From Deltaproteobacteria bacterium (GTDB lineage: Bacteria > Desulfobacterota > Binatia > UBA12015): 64,000 nucleotides of DNA. This document shows, one piece after another, positions 37,806-48,635 of the stretch. Within the stretch, counting starts at the first letter, position 1, and every line of letters starts with the position of its first letter. Made by a program: the position numbers and the translations under genes. The DNA lies in assembly GCA_016874795.1 (NCBI GenBank), contig VGTG01000005.1:15393-79392 (forward strand), in the 5' to 3' direction. Below the pieces are notes generated by a model. That model was not told the origin of the DNA, did no database searches, and saw only the letters and a program-made list of their open reading frames with translations.

Positions 37806-38454
37806 GTGAGGGACGATCATGACGAGCTCGAAGCGAGCGAACGGCCGCGTGAGCTCCGTCTGACCCGGCGCGGTTTCCTACGGACGGGCGCGGCGACGGT
37901 GGTCGCGGGTGGAACGATTCCCTGGGCAGGGCCTTCCGAGGCCGCACCTTCGAGCTCTACTTACGTCCCCCGTCCGAATGCGAATCGTTACCTCTTTCGA
38001 GTCCGTACGACGACCCTGAACCCCGACGGCAAGAAGGACGTCTACGGAGTCACGGTCGACGGGAAGTACCCGGGGCCGGAGATACGGGCCCGTGAGGGTG
38101 ATCTCCTCCGTATCGAGGTCGCAAACGACCTCAGGGACGACAATACGGCCATTCATTGCCTATCCGAAGGCGGATCCCCTCCTCATCCGTCAGGGCGAGC
38201 GCGTACAGATCGAGCTCGTCAATCAGACGATGATGTGGCACCCGATGCACCTCCACGGCCACTTCTTTCGCCTGCTGCAGGGAGCCGGCGATCGCGCTCC
38301 GCTGAAGCACACCGTCAACGTGGCGCCGCGCGAGAGCGTCCGGATCGAGTTCACCGCCGACAATCCGGGGCGGTGGTTCTTCCACTGCCACAACCTCTAT
38401 CACCTCGAGGCGGGGATGGCGCGCGTCTTCGAGTACGAGTCGCCGAAGTCCTGA
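37806..38454 (+). pseudogene. Multicopper oxidase (CopA/CueO-like) remnant: Tat signal and first cupredoxin domain fused out of frame to the last cupredoxin domain; the middle is deleted.
   Basis: ORF 37806.. carries the Tat motif RRGFLRTGAATVVAGG and domain-1 sequence ...DLLRIEVANDLRDDNTAIH, but the expected HWHG is missing. At about 38155 the reading shifts frame into ORF 38092..38454, which is domain 3 (MMWHPMHLHGHFF...WFFHCHNLYHLEAGM). Total coding is about 215 aa, versus 500-600 aa for an intact enzyme. Confidence 0.65.
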
Positions 38455-38619
38455 TCAGAACGACGAAAGCGCGCCCAGCACGGAATGGACGACGATCAGG
38501 CGCCGGCAGTCTCTCGGCAAGAGACGAATCATCCTCGGGGCCAGCAGGCGCCCATCGCACTCGAGCGCGGCGCCGTCAAGGACGCGGTCCGCAAGGCATG
38601 TCGCTCAGAGACCCTTCTC

Positions 38620-39228
38620 TTAGTCCTCGGCGATCATGCGATCGATCGCCTGCTCGAGCTCGGCGCCGCCGCCGAGCTTCGGCGCGAGGATCTTGCCGAA
38701 CGAGATGTGGAAGTCCGTGGGCCACGACTCGTGCTCCCAGAGCTGCGAGCGCTTGAACGCCTTCGCGCAGTGGAAGAAGCAGCGCTCGACGTGGAGACGG
38801 ATCGCGAGCAGCGCGGGCTGTCCGCGCGTCGAGAGACGCTCGAGAACCGCCGGATCCTTCGTCAGCTCCGCCGAGCCCTGCACGCGAAGCGTCTCGCCGG
38901 TGCCGGGCACCAGGAAGATCGCCGCGATCTTCGGATTCGCGAGGATGTTCTGCAGCCTGAAGATCAGGCGATTCCCCTTCCGATCGGGAATCAGCAGCGT
39001 CTGCTCGTCGACGACGACGAAGCCCGGCCGCCCGTCGCCCTTCGGCGAGACCTCCGGCACGCCGTCCGGCGTGGACGTCGCGAGCAGCAGGAGCGGCGAC
39101 GTCTCGATGAAGCGAATCGCGTTCGGCTCGAGCGATTCGAAGACCTTCGAGCGAACGACGGGCGACTCCTCGCCGATGATGGCGCGCACCTGCTCGATCG
39201 TCGTGAGAGCGTGGGGATCGGACGTCAT
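38620..39228 (-). CDS. Pyridoxamine 5'-phosphate oxidase-like FMN-binding split-barrel protein.
   Basis: IETSPLLLLATSTPDGVPEVSPKGD...LIFRLQNILANPKIAAIFLVPG matches the PNPOx-like family. Confidence 0.75.
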   Translation of the reverse strand: MTSDPHALTTIEQVRAIIGEESPVVRSKVFESLEPNAIRFIETSPLLLLATSTPDGVPEVSPKGDGRPGFVVVDEQTLLIPDRKGNRLIFRLQNILANPKIAAIFLVPGTGETLRVQGSAELTKDPAVLERLSTRGQPALLAIRLHVERCFFHCAKAFKRSQLWEHESWPTDFHISFGKILAPKLGGGAELEQAIDRMIAED

Positions 39229-39262
39229 GGGGTTTTCTCCGAGGGGAAGGGCCGCGAGATCG

Positions 39263-39919
39263 TCAGTGCGATGCGGCGTCCTCTCCCCAGACCTCTGCGA
39301 GACGCTCGTCGCGCCCGCAGGTGTAGCGGTAGTAGCGATAGCGGACCGGATTCTCCTGGTAGTAGTTCTGGTGGTAGTCCTCGGCCGGGTAGAACGGTGC
39401 GGCCTGGACGATGCGCGTCACGATCGGCTCGGGGACGCGCTTCTTCTTCTCGGCGGCTGCCTTCGACTTCTCGGCGAGCTGCCGCTCCTCGTCGCTCTGC
39501 ACGAAGACCGCGCTCAGGTACGTGTCGCCGCGGTCGCAGAATTGACCGCCGCCGTCCGTCGGATCGACGTTCGGCCAGAAGACCTCGAGCAGCTTCTCGT
39601 ACGAGACGCGCCTCGGATCGTAGACGACCTGCACGGCCTCGATGTGCCCGGTGCCGCCTTCGCCGACCTGCTCGTACGTCGGGTTCGGGACGGTGCCGCC
39701 GGTGTAGCCGGACGTCGTCGAGACGACGCCCTCGAGATCGTCGAACGGCTTCTCCATGCACCAGAAGCAGCCGCCGGCGAACACGGCGGTCGCCGTGCTC
39801 GTGGCCTTCGGGTCCTTCTCGGCGGCCGGGACCGCGACGGCGACGGCCAGGAGGATGCTCAGCGCGACGCAGGTCGTCCACCGGGGCGCTCTCGCCTGCT
39901 CGTTCTTCGCGACGTTCAT
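39263..39919 (-). CDS. msrA: Peptide-methionine (S)-S-oxide reductase, secreted form.
   Basis: Signal peptide then FAGGCFWCMEKPF active-site motif and ...YHQNYY. Confidence 0.85.
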   Translation of the reverse strand: MNVAKNEQARAPRWTTCVALSILLAVAVAVPAAEKDPKATSTATAVFAGGCFWCMEKPFDDLEGVVSTTSGYTGGTVPNPTYEQVGEGGTGHIEAVQVVYDPRRVSYEKLLEVFWPNVDPTDGGGQFCDRGDTYLSAVFVQSDEERQLAEKSKAAAEKKKRVPEPIVTRIVQAAPFYPAEDYHQNYYQENPVRYRYYRYTCGRDERLAEVWGEDAASH

Positions 39920-40000
39920 CTCGGTTCGATGCCTCGCCCGCTCACGACGTTACCAGGCTCGCGAGGCCCCTGCCCACCGGTGGTCCGTCGAAGCGCGCCA

Positions 40001-41461
40001 TCAGTCGATGTAGCCGAGCTGGCGCAGCCGCTCCTCGTCCCCGGGATCGAGCGGCTTCGGCGAGCGAGGCGTCGCGCGCTCGGAGCCGTGCTCCTTGCGC
40101 CACGCGCGCACGAGCGAGCGGAGGCGCTTGCGGTCCTCGGGGCGCTCGCTCGAGACGTCGCGGAGCTCGCCCGAGTCCTTCTCGAGGTCGTAGAGACGCC
40201 AGCCGGGCGGCTCGAACGGCCACTTCCGGCCCGCCTTTCGCGACGGAAGAGGCGTGTGCACCAGCTTCAGCTTCCCCTCGCGCACGGCGACGAGCTCGTT
40301 CGGACAAGCGGAGAGGACGAAGACCGGCGCCCCCGTGTCCTTCGCTCCGTGCAGGAGCGGCGACAGATCGCGTCCCTCCACTCCGGGGATGGGCGCGAGC
40401 GCGAGACCGTGCTGCAGCGTGGGAAGGACGTCGACGAGGCTGACGGGCGTGTCGATGGTGCGACCCGCTTCGATCCGTCCCGGCTGCCGGAAGAGGAGGG
40501 GCACGTGTGCCGAGGGCTGGAAGACGTTCCAGCCGTGCTGGAAGTAGGCTTCGTGCTCGCCGAGGCTCTCGCCGTGATCGGCGGTGACGATCACGAGCGT
40601 CGTCCCGCGGAGATCCATCTCGTCGAGCGCTGCGAGGACGCGACCGATCTGCTCGTCGGTCCAGCGGACCTCGGCGCGGTAGCGCCAGCGGTACGTCTTC
40701 GCGTCGCGCGCCGAGCGCAGGAGCTGGTAGCGAGGCAGCACGCCGAGCCCGTAGTTCCCCTTCGCGGCTTCCAGCTTCTTACCGGGGAGACCGTCGTCAC
40801 GCGGAACCTGCTCGCGCGCCGACGCGGGCGCGGAGAAGTAGGGCCCGTGCGGGTCCATCATGTGGAGCCACAGGAAGAAGGGCGCGTCGTCTCTTCCCCG
40901 CCCGCGGAGCCAGTCGATCGCGCGCGTCGCGATGGCCTCGTCGCTCGAGCCGAAGTAGCGGGCGAAGCCGTCCTTCGTCGCGACGCCCTGCTGGAGGCCG
41001 CTCTTCTCGCCGATCACCTCGTTCCCATAGAAGGAGGCCGTCGTGTAGCCCGCCCGCGCGAGCCCCTCGGTGAGAAGGAACGCGGAGTCGTCGACCTTGT
41101 CCTGGTTGTTCCGCACGGGATGCCGGCCGGGGTAGAGGCCGGTCAGAAGCGAGGCGATCGCGGGGCGCGTCGCCGTGGCCGTCGTGCTCGCGTCGCGGAA
41201 GACCGTCGAGTCCTTCGCGAGCGCGTCGAGCTTCGGCGTGAAGCTCTCGGGAAAACGAGCGCTCCGCCCGACGTGGTCGGCGCGGAGCGTGTCGACCGTG
41301 ATCAGGAGGACGTTCGGGCGGTCGCCGTCTTCCAGGCGGAGCCACCCGAGCGCGGGCCTCTCGGCGGCGGGCCTTTCGGAAGCGGCCCCGGTGGGGGCGA
41401 GCGGCGGCGGCGCGAGCAGGAGAGCGAGCGCCAGCGCCGCACGTCGAGTCCGGAAGCGCAT
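40001..41461 (-). CDS. Sulfatase-like hydrolase/transferase (second copy).
   Basis: Signal peptide, LLITVDTLRADHVG, TTATATRPAIASLLTG (Thr in the nucleophile position; no Cys/Ser-x-P-x-R), TADHGESLGEHEAYFQHGWN. Confidence 0.8.
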   Translation of the reverse strand: MRFRTRRAALALALLLAPPPLAPTGAASERPAAERPALGWLRLEDGDRPNVLLITVDTLRADHVGRSARFPESFTPKLDALAKDSTVFRDASTTATATRPAIASLLTGLYPGRHPVRNNQDKVDDSAFLLTEGLARAGYTTASFYGNEVIGEKSGLQQGVATKDGFARYFGSSDEAIATRAIDWLRGRGRDDAPFFLWLHMMDPHGPYFSAPASAREQVPRDDGLPGKKLEAAKGNYGLGVLPRYQLLRSARDAKTYRWRYRAEVRWTDEQIGRVLAALDEMDLRGTTLVIVTADHGESLGEHEAYFQHGWNVFQPSAHVPLLFRQPGRIEAGRTIDTPVSLVDVLPTLQHGLALAPIPGVEGRDLSPLLHGAKDTGAPVFVLSACPNELVAVREGKLKLVHTPLPSRKAGRKWPFEPPGWRLYDLEKDSGELRDVSSERPEDRKRLRSLVRAWRKEHGSERATPRSPKPLDPGDEERLRQLGYID

Positions 41462-41525
41462 CCGCAGTCTTTACAGACCCGCCGTGTCGTGGCTATGGGA
41501 GCCACGTCGGCGAGGAGGAGCGACG

Positions 41526-42602
41526 ATGATCTCACGAAACCGATCGGCGGGCGTGCTCTGCGTTCTCGTGGCGCTCTTCGCGCCGTTCTTCGCACAGGCC
41601 GACGAGATCGTGGTGAAGGGAGATCGCCTCCGCGGCACGGTCGTGAACGTCACGACGACCGCGATCGAGTTCGAGACGCTCTACGGGAAGGGCAAGATCG
41701 AGATCCCTCTCGGGGACGTCGAGTCCGTCACGACCGAGGGCACCTACGTCGTCATCCACGGCGAGACGGAGACGCGCGGGCGGATCGTCGGCGTCGAGGA
41801 GGGCGTGATCCTCATCGGCGACTCGCCGGACGGCGCCGAGCGCGTCGAGGCCGAGTCGGTGCAGCTCGTGCTCAGCGAAACGGCCATCGACGAGTCTCCG
41901 CTCGTCGCCGCCAAGAGAAAGCTCCGCTACTGGAGCGGCAACCTCGACCTCGGCTTCGGGCTGTCGCAGGGCACCGTCGACACGCGGGCGGCGAGCCTCG
42001 ATGCGACCGCCGAGAGACGCAAGGGACCGACGCGCTTCCTGACGAACCTCGGCTTGTTCTACGGCAAGCAGAAGGATCAGGAGGGGCAATCGCTGACGAC
42101 CGCGGATCAGTACTACGGTCAGGCGCGCTACGAGTACGACCTGCTGGAGCGGCTCTTCGCGTACGGGAACGGCTACGCGGAGTACAACGGCGTGCAGCGC
42201 CTCAGCGTGCGCGGCATTCCGGAAGCCGGCATGGGCTACAAGCTCTGGCTTCCGGACGACAAGGACAGCGACGACTTCCTCGCCGCGACGGCCGGCGGCT
42301 CGTGGGTGTACGAGCGGTTCTTCGGCGGCATGGACGAGGACTACTTCGCCGTCGCGTTCGGGCTCGAGGCGCTGTTCACTTTGCCGTACGACGCGACGAT
42401 CACCGGGAGCGTGAGCTACCTTCCGTCCGTCTCGGACTTCGCGAACGACTTCCTGATCCGCTCGAAGGCGGAGCTCGCGATCCCCGTGTGGGAGCAGCTC
42501 TCGTTCAACTTCGCGATCGCCGACGACTACGACAACACGCCGGCACCGGGCACGACCTTCAACTATCTGACGACGACGGTCGGCCTCTCTCTCGGGCTGT
42601 AG
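41526..42602 (+). CDS. DUF481-family outer-membrane protein (YdiY-like).
   Basis: Signal peptide MISRNRSAGVLCVLVALFAPFFAQA with GAGGAGGAG upstream; beta-barrel-like C-terminal half ending ...TTTVGLSLGL. Confidence 0.7.
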   Translation: MISRNRSAGVLCVLVALFAPFFAQADEIVVKGDRLRGTVVNVTTTAIEFETLYGKGKIEIPLGDVESVTTEGTYVVIHGETETRGRIVGVEEGVILIGDSPDGAERVEAESVQLVLSETAIDESPLVAAKRKLRYWSGNLDLGFGLSQGTVDTRAASLDATAERRKGPTRFLTNLGLFYGKQKDQEGQSLTTADQYYGQARYEYDLLERLFAYGNGYAEYNGVQRLSVRGIPEAGMGYKLWLPDDKDSDDFLAATAGGSWVYERFFGGMDEDYFAVAFGLEALFTLPYDATITGSVSYLPSVSDFANDFLIRSKAELAIPVWEQLSFNFAIADDYDNTPAPGTTFNYLTTTVGLSLGL

Positions 42603-42685
42603 GTGCTTCGGCGGACTTGCACCAGCCGGGAGAGGTGACCTAGGCTCGCGGAGTCGGCAACCCGCAATCGTAGGAGGAGACGGCG

Positions 42686-44188
42686 ATGCAACCAGCGGTG
42701 GCAGAGTCGAGCCTGACCCCGAGCGTGACCGAGTTCATCGCGGCTCGGCGGAAGATGCTGATCGACGGGAAGTGGGTCGAAGCGGCGTCGGGAAAGACCT
42801 TCACGACCGTCAACCCCGCGACGGAGGAGGTTCTCGCGGAGGTTCCCGCCGGCGACAAGGAAGACGTCGATCGTGCGGTACGCGCCGCGCGCCGCGCCTT
42901 CGAGAGCGGCCCGTGGCGCCGCATGACGGCCTCCGAGCGCGGTCGAGCGCTCTGGAAGCTCGCCGATCTGATCGAAGCGCGTACGGAGGAGTTCGCGCAG
43001 CTCGAGACGCTCGACAACGGGAAGCCGCTGACCGTCGCACGCGCCGCCGACATCCCGCTCGTCGTCGACCACTTCCGCTACTACGCGGGCTGGGCGACGA
43101 AGGTCGAGGGGGAGACCATTCCCGTCTCCGTCCCCGGGATGTTCACCTACACGCTCCGCGAGCCGGTCGGCGTCGTGGGCCAGATCATCCCGTGGAACTT
43201 CCCGCTCCTGATGGCCGCGTGGAAGCTCGGCGCGGCGCTCGCGTGCGGGAACACCGTCGTGCTGAAGCCCGCGGAGCAGACGCCGCTCTCGGCGCTCCGG
43301 CTCGGCGAGCTCCTCGACGAGGCCGGATTCCCGCCGGGCGTCGTCAACATCGTCACGGGATTCGGCGAGACCGCGGGTGCCGCGATCACCGTGCATCCGG
43401 ACGTCGACAAGGTCGCCTTCACCGGCTCGACCGAGGTCGGGAAGACGATCATGCAGCAGGCGGCGGGGACGCTGAAGCGCGTCTCGCTCGAGCTCGGCGG
43501 CAAGTCGCCGAACATCGTCTTCGCGGACGCGGATCTCGATTCCGCCGCGGAGGGTGCTGCCGCCGCGATCTACTTCAACCACGGTCAGTGCTGCTGCGCG
43601 GGCTCGCGGCTCTTCATCGAGGACAAGGTCTACGACCGCGTGATGCCGAAGCTCATCGAGTACTCCGAGCAGATCCAGGTCGGCCCCGGACTCGACCCGA
43701 AGACGCAGATGGGCCCGCTCGTCTCGAGCGAGCAGCTCGAGCGCGTCAGCGGCTACCTCGCGTCCGGCAAGAAGGAGGGAGCGAAGGTCGCGACGGGCGG
43801 TGGACGTCCGAAGGGACTCGACCGCGGCTACTTCGTCTCCCCGACGGTGTTCACCGACGTCAAGCCGGAGATGAAGGTCGTCGGCGAGGAGATCTTCGGT
43901 CCGGTCGTCTGCGCGATTCCGTTCAGGGATCCGGAGGACGTCGTCCGCGCCGGCAACGAGACGACCTACGGTCTCGCCGCGGCGGTGTGGACGCGCGACA
44001 TCCAGAAGGCGCACCGCGCGGCGCAGCTCTTGAAGGCCGGGACCGTGTGGATCAACTGCTACAACGCCTTCGACGCCTCGGCGCCGTTCGGCGGCTACAA
44101 GCAGAGCGGCTTCGGCCGCGAGATGGGGAAGGCCGCTCTCGAGCTCTACACGCAGATCAAGACCGTGTGGGTCAACGTCGGGGCGTGA
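42686..44188 (+). CDS. NAD(P)-dependent aldehyde dehydrogenase.
   Basis: Catalytic Cys in [19 protein letters not shown], GxGxxG-like FTGSTEVG; 500 aa; RBS AGGAGGAG. Confidence 0.9.
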   Translation: MQPAVAESSLTPSVTEFIAARRKMLIDGKWVEAASGKTFTTVNPATEEVLAEVPAGDKEDVDRAVRAARRAFESGPWRRMTASERGRALWKLADLIEARTEEFAQLETLDNGKPLTVARAADIPLVVDHFRYYAGWATKVEGETIPVSVPGMFTYTLREPVGVVGQIIPWNFPLLMAAWKLGAALACGNTVVLKPAEQTPLSALRLGELLDEAGFPPGVVNIVTGFGETAGAAITVHPDVDKVAFTGSTEVGKTIMQQAAGTLKRVSLELGGKSPNIVFADADLDSAAEGAAAAIYFNHGQCCCAGSRLFIEDKVYDRVMPKLIEYSEQIQVGPGLDPKTQMGPLVSSEQLERVSGYLASGKKEGAKVATGGGRPKGLDRGYFVSPTVFTDVKPEMKVVGEEIFGPVVCAIPFRDPEDVVRAGNETTYGLAAAVWTRDIQKAHRAAQLLKAGTVWINCYNAFDASAPFGGYKQSGFGREMGKAALELYTQIKTVWVNVGA

Positions 44189-44859
44189 GCCGTGCTGCGC
44201 TGCTCGCGGTCCCGGCGCTGCTTCTGGCGCTGGGCTGCCGCAGCGCTCCGGTCGCGACGAAGGACCCTGAGCTCGGAGCGGCGGCGACGCGCGCTGCCGG
44301 CGTGCCGGCGAACGACCTCGTCGACGTCGCGAAGGTCGTGCCCGGCATCCGGCTCGACATCCGCTACGCGACGAAGAAGAACTTCACGGGCGAGGTCCTC
44401 TACGACGAGCCCCGCTGCTTCCTGCGGAGGGACGTCGCCGAGCGTCTTCGCCGCGCACAGGAAGATCTCGCGGCGAAGGGCCGCGGTCTCCGGGTGTGGG
44501 ATTGCTATCGACCGCTGTCCGTACAGCGCCGGCTCTGGGCGCTCGTGCCGGACGAGCGCTACGTCGCGGATCCCGCGAAGGGATCGCGCCACAACCGCGG
44601 CGCCGCGGTCGACGTCGAGATGGTCGGCGCGGACGGATCGAGTCTCCCGGCGCCGACCGGCTACGACGACTTCAGCGAGCGCGCGCACCGCGACTTCATG
44701 GACCTTTCACCTGACGTGATCGCGAACCGCGCGGAGCTCGAGCAAGCCATGGTGCGGGCCGGCTTCGAGCCGCTGCCGACGGAGTGGTGGCACTTCGACG
44801 CGAAGGGCTGGGAGGAGTACGACGTGCTCGACGTGGACTTCGCGGATCTCCCGCGCTGA
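44185..44859 (+). CDS. D-alanyl-D-alanine dipeptidase (VanX/DdpX-like, peptidase M15D) lipoprotein.
   Basis: Lipobox LLLALGC; [12 protein letters not shown] and WWHFD Zn-ligand motifs. GTG start overlaps the aldehyde dehydrogenase stop (GTGA). Confidence 0.8.
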   Translation: MSRAALLAVPALLLALGCRSAPVATKDPELGAAATRAAGVPANDLVDVAKVVPGIRLDIRYATKKNFTGEVLYDEPRCFLRRDVAERLRRAQEDLAAKGRGLRVWDCYRPLSVQRRLWALVPDERYVADPAKGSRHNRGAAVDVEMVGADGSSLPAPTGYDDFSERAHRDFMDLSPDVIANRAELEQAMVRAGFEPLPTEWWHFDAKGWEEYDVLDVDFADLPR

Positions 44860-44861
44860 GC

Positions 44862-45125
44862 AGGGCTTCGCGACGTCGTCGAGCACCTCGCGCGTCAAGC
44901 GCTCGACCTTCTCGGAGAGCGCCTGCACGCCGCGCGGCGTGAACTGCTTGCTCGTGACGCGCCGGTAGCGGCCGTGGTCCGGCGGATCCATGTTGAGGAG
45001 GTGGCGTGCCGCTCCTTCCGGAGCCACGTCCACTCCGCGTGCGGGTAGCCGTTCTCCTCGTAGTGCTCGGGCGTGACGACGTCGATCGTCGCCCGGTCGA
45101 ACTCACGTACCGCCGTCTGGGTCAT
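44862..45125 (-). pseudogene. Cytochrome P450 N-terminal fragment, frameshifted and truncated.
   Basis: ORF 44895..45125 reads MTQTAVREFDRATIDVVTPEHYEENGYPHAEWTWLRKE. An overlapping frame (44707..45033) gives HLLNMDPPDHGRYRRVTSKQFTPRGVQALSEKVERLTREVLDDV, the conserved P450 helix-C region. The reading then runs into the convergent dipeptidase gene, so only about 85 codons remain. Confidence 0.55.
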
Positions 45126-45183
45126 CGTACCCGCGCTCCCGGGCGGATTCTATGCCGGGGAGGCGGGAGGGCAAGATGCGACG

Positions 45184-48100
45184 TCAGTCCGCGAGCCGCA
45201 GGACCTGCGCGATGTCGCCGGTCCCGAAGCTGCCACCGATGTTCTCGTCGAGGTTCACGAAGGGAATGGCCAGGCGGCCGCCGCTGTTCGTGGTCCAGTT
45301 CGCGCAGGAGAAATTGGACCCGCTGAGCGTCGCCGTCAGCGGATCTGCATTCGGGCAGGCCGTGCCGAAGAGCGAGCCGGTACAGCGCCGCGGGGAGTCG
45401 ATCCGCGCCGTCACCTGTCCGGTCGTCAGCGCGAGCGGCTGCGCCGCGACGCCCGTCCAGGCGGCGTCGGAGACGCCGGGACAGGTCGAAGAGCCGTTCA
45501 CGCGGATCCGCTTCGCGAGGACGTAGACGATCGCCGCACCGGAGCCGCTGTTGCCCGCACCCGCCCCGATCGACGACCAGGCCGTATCGAACGCCGGCGA
45601 AGGCGGTGCGCCCGTGCCGTTGCTCGCGACGATCAGCGTCTGGTCGGCGTTCGAGCCGCCGTCGCAGTCCACGAAGCCGAGCCGCGAGATGTCGTCCTCG
45701 AACCGCCAGCACGCGGCGCACGAGGAGCCGCAGTTCGGCGTCTGCGTGTCGAGGTTCGCGCCGATCAAGACCGGCCCGCCGAGGAAGAGATCCGCCTGTC
45801 CGAACGCGTCCGGTACGCCACCCTGCAGGACGAGCGGTCCCGAGTTGAAGTTCCCCTCGGTGCCGTTGCAGACGGTGCCCGGAACGCCGCCGGTCGGATT
45901 GCCGTGCGTGCGGAGGTACGACGGCGAGGCGCCGTCGGACGGGCAGTAGTCGCCGGAGCCCGTCGCGACCGTGAAGCTGAGCGTGCCGAGCGCGCCTGGC
46001 GTCGGTGTCGCGGTCGCGACCGGAGTCGGCGTCGGAACCGGGCTCGGCGTGACGACCGGGGATTGCGTCGGAACGGGCGCCCCCGTGGGGGCGGGAGTCG
46101 GGGTCGGCGGCGTGACGAAGTAGGAGCAGGTTCCCGTGACGGTGACGAAGTGGCCGTCCTGCGACGCGTCGCGGCCGCCGACGCCGGGATAGTCGTCGGC
46201 GTCGATGCAGCCGGAGATGCCGTTCGGCGCGATCTCGGAGGTGAGGCCGAGCCGCACGCCGCACTCCGAGCCGGTGTTGAAGGAGTCGCCGTTGCTCGAG
46301 CAGCTCGCGTTCCAGCCGAAGCTGAGCGAGTGCGCGACGGCGCCGCCGGTGCCGCTTCCGTCGATCGTCGCGGAAGCGGAGCGCGTGAAGGGAGAGTTCG
46401 CGTCGTCGGCGCTCGAGAGATCGGTCGGCGCGGTGAGCTGCAGCGTGCCGCCCGAGAGCGTTCCGCCCGACTGCGAGCCCGTCACCGCGGAGACGTGCGC
46501 GACCGAGCCGAGCGTGGTGCCGAAGAACGGCAGATCGCAGCCGTCACCGTTGTCACGGTTGATCGTGTGCGCACCGCGGAGCGCCGTATCGACGTTCAGG
46601 CGGTACGTGCTGCCCGCGGGGCAGGTGACGGAGAAGCTGACGCCGTAGCTCGCGTTGCTGCTCGCGGTGACGCCGCCACCGCCCGTCGGGACGGCTTCGC
46701 AGTCGGTCGCGACGCTCTGCTGGAGGCGCGTAGTGAAGGTTCCCGTGCCGAGCGAGGTCACGCTGCCGTCGCTGCGAGCGGCGCGGTAGCAGTTGCCGAG
46801 CGCGACGTGCGTCGGTCCGAACTCGTTCGAAGCGTCGTTGATCGCAACGCCGGTGATCTGCGCGGGAACGACGGTGAGGACCGGTGCCGGAGTGGGGCTC
46901 GGCGTCGGGCTCGCGGTCGGGACGGGAGTCGGCGTCGGAGTCTGCGTCGGGGTGGGCGTCGGCGTCGGAGTCGCGGTCGGCGTCGGAGCGGCCGTCGGCG
47001 CCGTGGTCGGGGTCGGAGTGGGCGTCTGCGTCGGCGCGAGAGTCGGGGTCGGCGTCGGGGTGAGCGACGGCAAGGGCGGCGTCGGCGTCACCTCCGGGAT
47101 CGGCGGCGGGAAGACGCCGACCGGATCGAGCTGCAGACGGAAGACCTGCGCGACGTCGACGACGGAGTCGACGATCGGTGCCGCGAAGTCGAGCGCGTAG
47201 AACGGCGCGACCATGCTCGTCGTACCGACGTCGGCCCCGACCCAAGCGGCGCAGGAGAGCCGCTCGCCGTCGAGGGTGACCGTGTTCGGGCCGGCGGCGC
47301 CGGGCGCGCCGTCGATCCAGTCGTTCAGCACGGTGCTGGTCGCCGTCCGCGTCGTGAACGCGGACGGAATGAGAGGCGAGCTCGAGTAGTCGAGCGTGCT
47401 ACAGTCCGCGTCGTTGAGCTCGGCTACCGCGAAGCGCAGGAGGACGGGAACGACGGCGTGTCCGCTGTCCGCGGACGGCTCGGATCCGCCCGGCGCGACG
47501 AGGATCGACGGGCTCGCGGCCCCGGCGCCGTTGCTGTCGACCGTCAAGGAGACGTCCGGATGCGTGCCGCCGTCGCAGTCGATCCATCCGTCTTCGGAAG
47601 CGTTCGGCTGGATCTCGACGCAGATCGTTCCCTCGGCGCCGAGCGACTGCGCGAGGTCGAGGAAGTTCGCGCCGAGATACGAGGTCTCCGCGAGCTCGAG
47701 CTCCGCGACGCCGCCCGCGCCCGTCGGACCCTTCGCGATCGTGATCGGCCCGGGGCCGAACTCGCCGTTCGCCGCGTTGGCGAAGACGTTCGCCCCGGTG
47801 AAGTCGAACAGGCGGAGCCACGTCGAGAAGCCGTCGTCGACCGGCAGGAGGTTCCCCGGTCCCGCGAGCACGTCGAGGATCAAGCAGCTCTTCCCCGCGG
47901 GGCAATCGATCGCCGGCGTCGTCGGCGTCGGCGTGGGGGTCGGAGAAGGGCTCGGCGTCGGAGTCGGCGGAGGCACGCACGCGATCGACGGCTTGATCGC
48001 CTGCAGGTAGCCGGGCTGGTTCTTCTTGAAGACCTGGAAGCGCGCGCAGTAGTCGTTCTCGCCGGTCGAGAAGGTGACCTCGATGTTCGCCGGAGGCGCC

Positions 48101-48519
48101 AGCGGGCCGACGAGCGCGGGAACGTTCGGGCCGCGCATCTGGATCGACAGCTTCTTCGGGGCATACGTGATGCTCCGGATGCCGGCGATCGTCGCGAAGG
48201 GATCGGCGTAGCGGAACGCCTTCCCCGCGGGCAGCCAGGATCCGCAGGGGAGGACGATGTCGCCGCTGTCGAACCCGTTCGAGGCGCGGATCCGGAGGCG
48301 CGGGTTCGCCGGGCAAACGATCGGATCGGTCACCGGGGACAGGGCCGGGTCCGGCCCGATCTTCACCAGCGCGGTCGTCTTCGAGGGATCGACCGAGACC
48401 TTGAAGGAGACCTTCTTCCCGCCGGTCAGCGGGATCGCCTGCGCCAGCGCCGGTCCCGCGGCGAGGACCGCGACGATCAGAAAAGCCCCGCGCGACCACA
48501 TCGAATTGCCTCGGCTCAT
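45184..48519 (-). CDS. Large secreted multidomain protein (about 1111 aa) with three Pro/Thr-rich linkers and internally duplicated Cys-containing domains; function unknown.
   Basis: Signal peptide [28 protein letters not shown] with GGGGGTGG upstream. Linkers [20 protein letters not shown], an about 70-residue TPTP tract, and [18 protein letters not shown]... Domain 2 and domain 4 are paralogous ([28 protein letters not shown] vs [28 protein letters not shown]; [11 protein letters not shown] vs [10 protein letters not shown]). Confidence 0.75.
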   Translation of the reverse strand: MSRGNSMWSRGAFLIVAVLAAGPALAQAIPLTGGKKVSFKVSVDPSKTTALVKIGPDPALSPVTDPIVCPANPRLRIRASNGFDSGDIVLPCGSWLPAGKAFRYADPFATIAGIRSITYAPKKLSIQMRGPNVPALVGPLAPPANIEVTFSTGENDYCARFQVFKKNQPGYLQAIKPSIACVPPPTPTPSPSPTPTPTPTTPAIDCPAGKSCLILDVLAGPGNLLPVDDGFSTWLRLFDFTGANVFANAANGEFGPGPITIAKGPTGAGGVAELELAETSYLGANFLDLAQSLGAEGTICVEIQPNASEDGWIDCDGGTHPDVSLTVDSNGAGAASPSILVAPGGSEPSADSGHAVVPVLLRFAVAELNDADCSTLDYSSSPLIPSAFTTRTATSTVLNDWIDGAPGAAGPNTVTLDGERLSCAAWVGADVGTTSMVAPFYALDFAAPIVDSVVDVAQVFRLQLDPVGVFPPPIPEVTPTPPLPSLTPTPTPTLAPTQTPTPTPTTAPTAAPTPTATPTPTPTPTQTPTPTPVPTASPTPSPTPAPVLTVVPAQITGVAINDASNEFGPTHVALGNCYRAARSDGSVTSLGTGTFTTRLQQSVATDCEAVPTGGGGVTASSNASYGVSFSVTCPAGSTYRLNVDTALRGAHTINRDNGDGCDLPFFGTTLGSVAHVSAVTGSQSGGTLSGGTLQLTAPTDLSSADDANSPFTRSASATIDGSGTGGAVAHSLSFGWNASCSSNGDSFNTGSECGVRLGLTSEIAPNGISGCIDADDYPGVGGRDASQDGHFVTVTGTCSYFVTPPTPTPAPTGAPVPTQSPVVTPSPVPTPTPVATATPTPGALGTLSFTVATGSGDYCPSDGASPSYLRTHGNPTGGVPGTVCNGTEGNFNSGPLVLQGGVPDAFGQADLFLGGPVLIGANLDTQTPNCGSSCAACWRFEDDISRLGFVDCDGGSNADQTLIVASNGTGAPPSPAFDTAWSSIGAGAGNSGSGAAIVYVLAKRIRVNGSSTCPGVSDAAWTGVAAQPLALTTGQVTARIDSPRRCTGSLFGTACPNADPLTATLSGSNFSCANWTTNSGGRLAIPFVNLDENIGGSFGTGDIAQVLRLAD

Positions 48520-48635
48520 GCCACCCCCGGCTCGTTTCGGACGGAGTGAGGAAGCGTTCGGCCACCCAGCAGCCCGGTCGGCCAAACAAACAAACGTTTG
48601 CTGAACTACTCCCTCCGCCCCGCCGCGGTCAAGGG

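Noticed and set aside
38636-42643. 1335-aa plus-strand ORF.
   Set aside because: Spans antisense of three minus-strand genes (PNPOx-like, msrA, sulfatase-like). Only its last 358 codons, in frame with the DUF481 gene from ATG 41526, are real.
46793-47200. Periodic GTCGGCGTCGGAGTC-type DNA repeats that might be mistaken for a CRISPR-like or tandem-repeat array.
   Set aside because: They encode the in-frame TPTPTP linker of the secreted protein (minus strand). There are no spacer-like unique segments and no cas genes.
45073-48549. 1158-aa plus-strand ORF opposite the big secreted protein.
   Set aside because: Antisense frame of 45184-48519; composition RRGRR-rich; no RBS or features. The minus-strand gene has a signal peptide, RBS and domain duplication.
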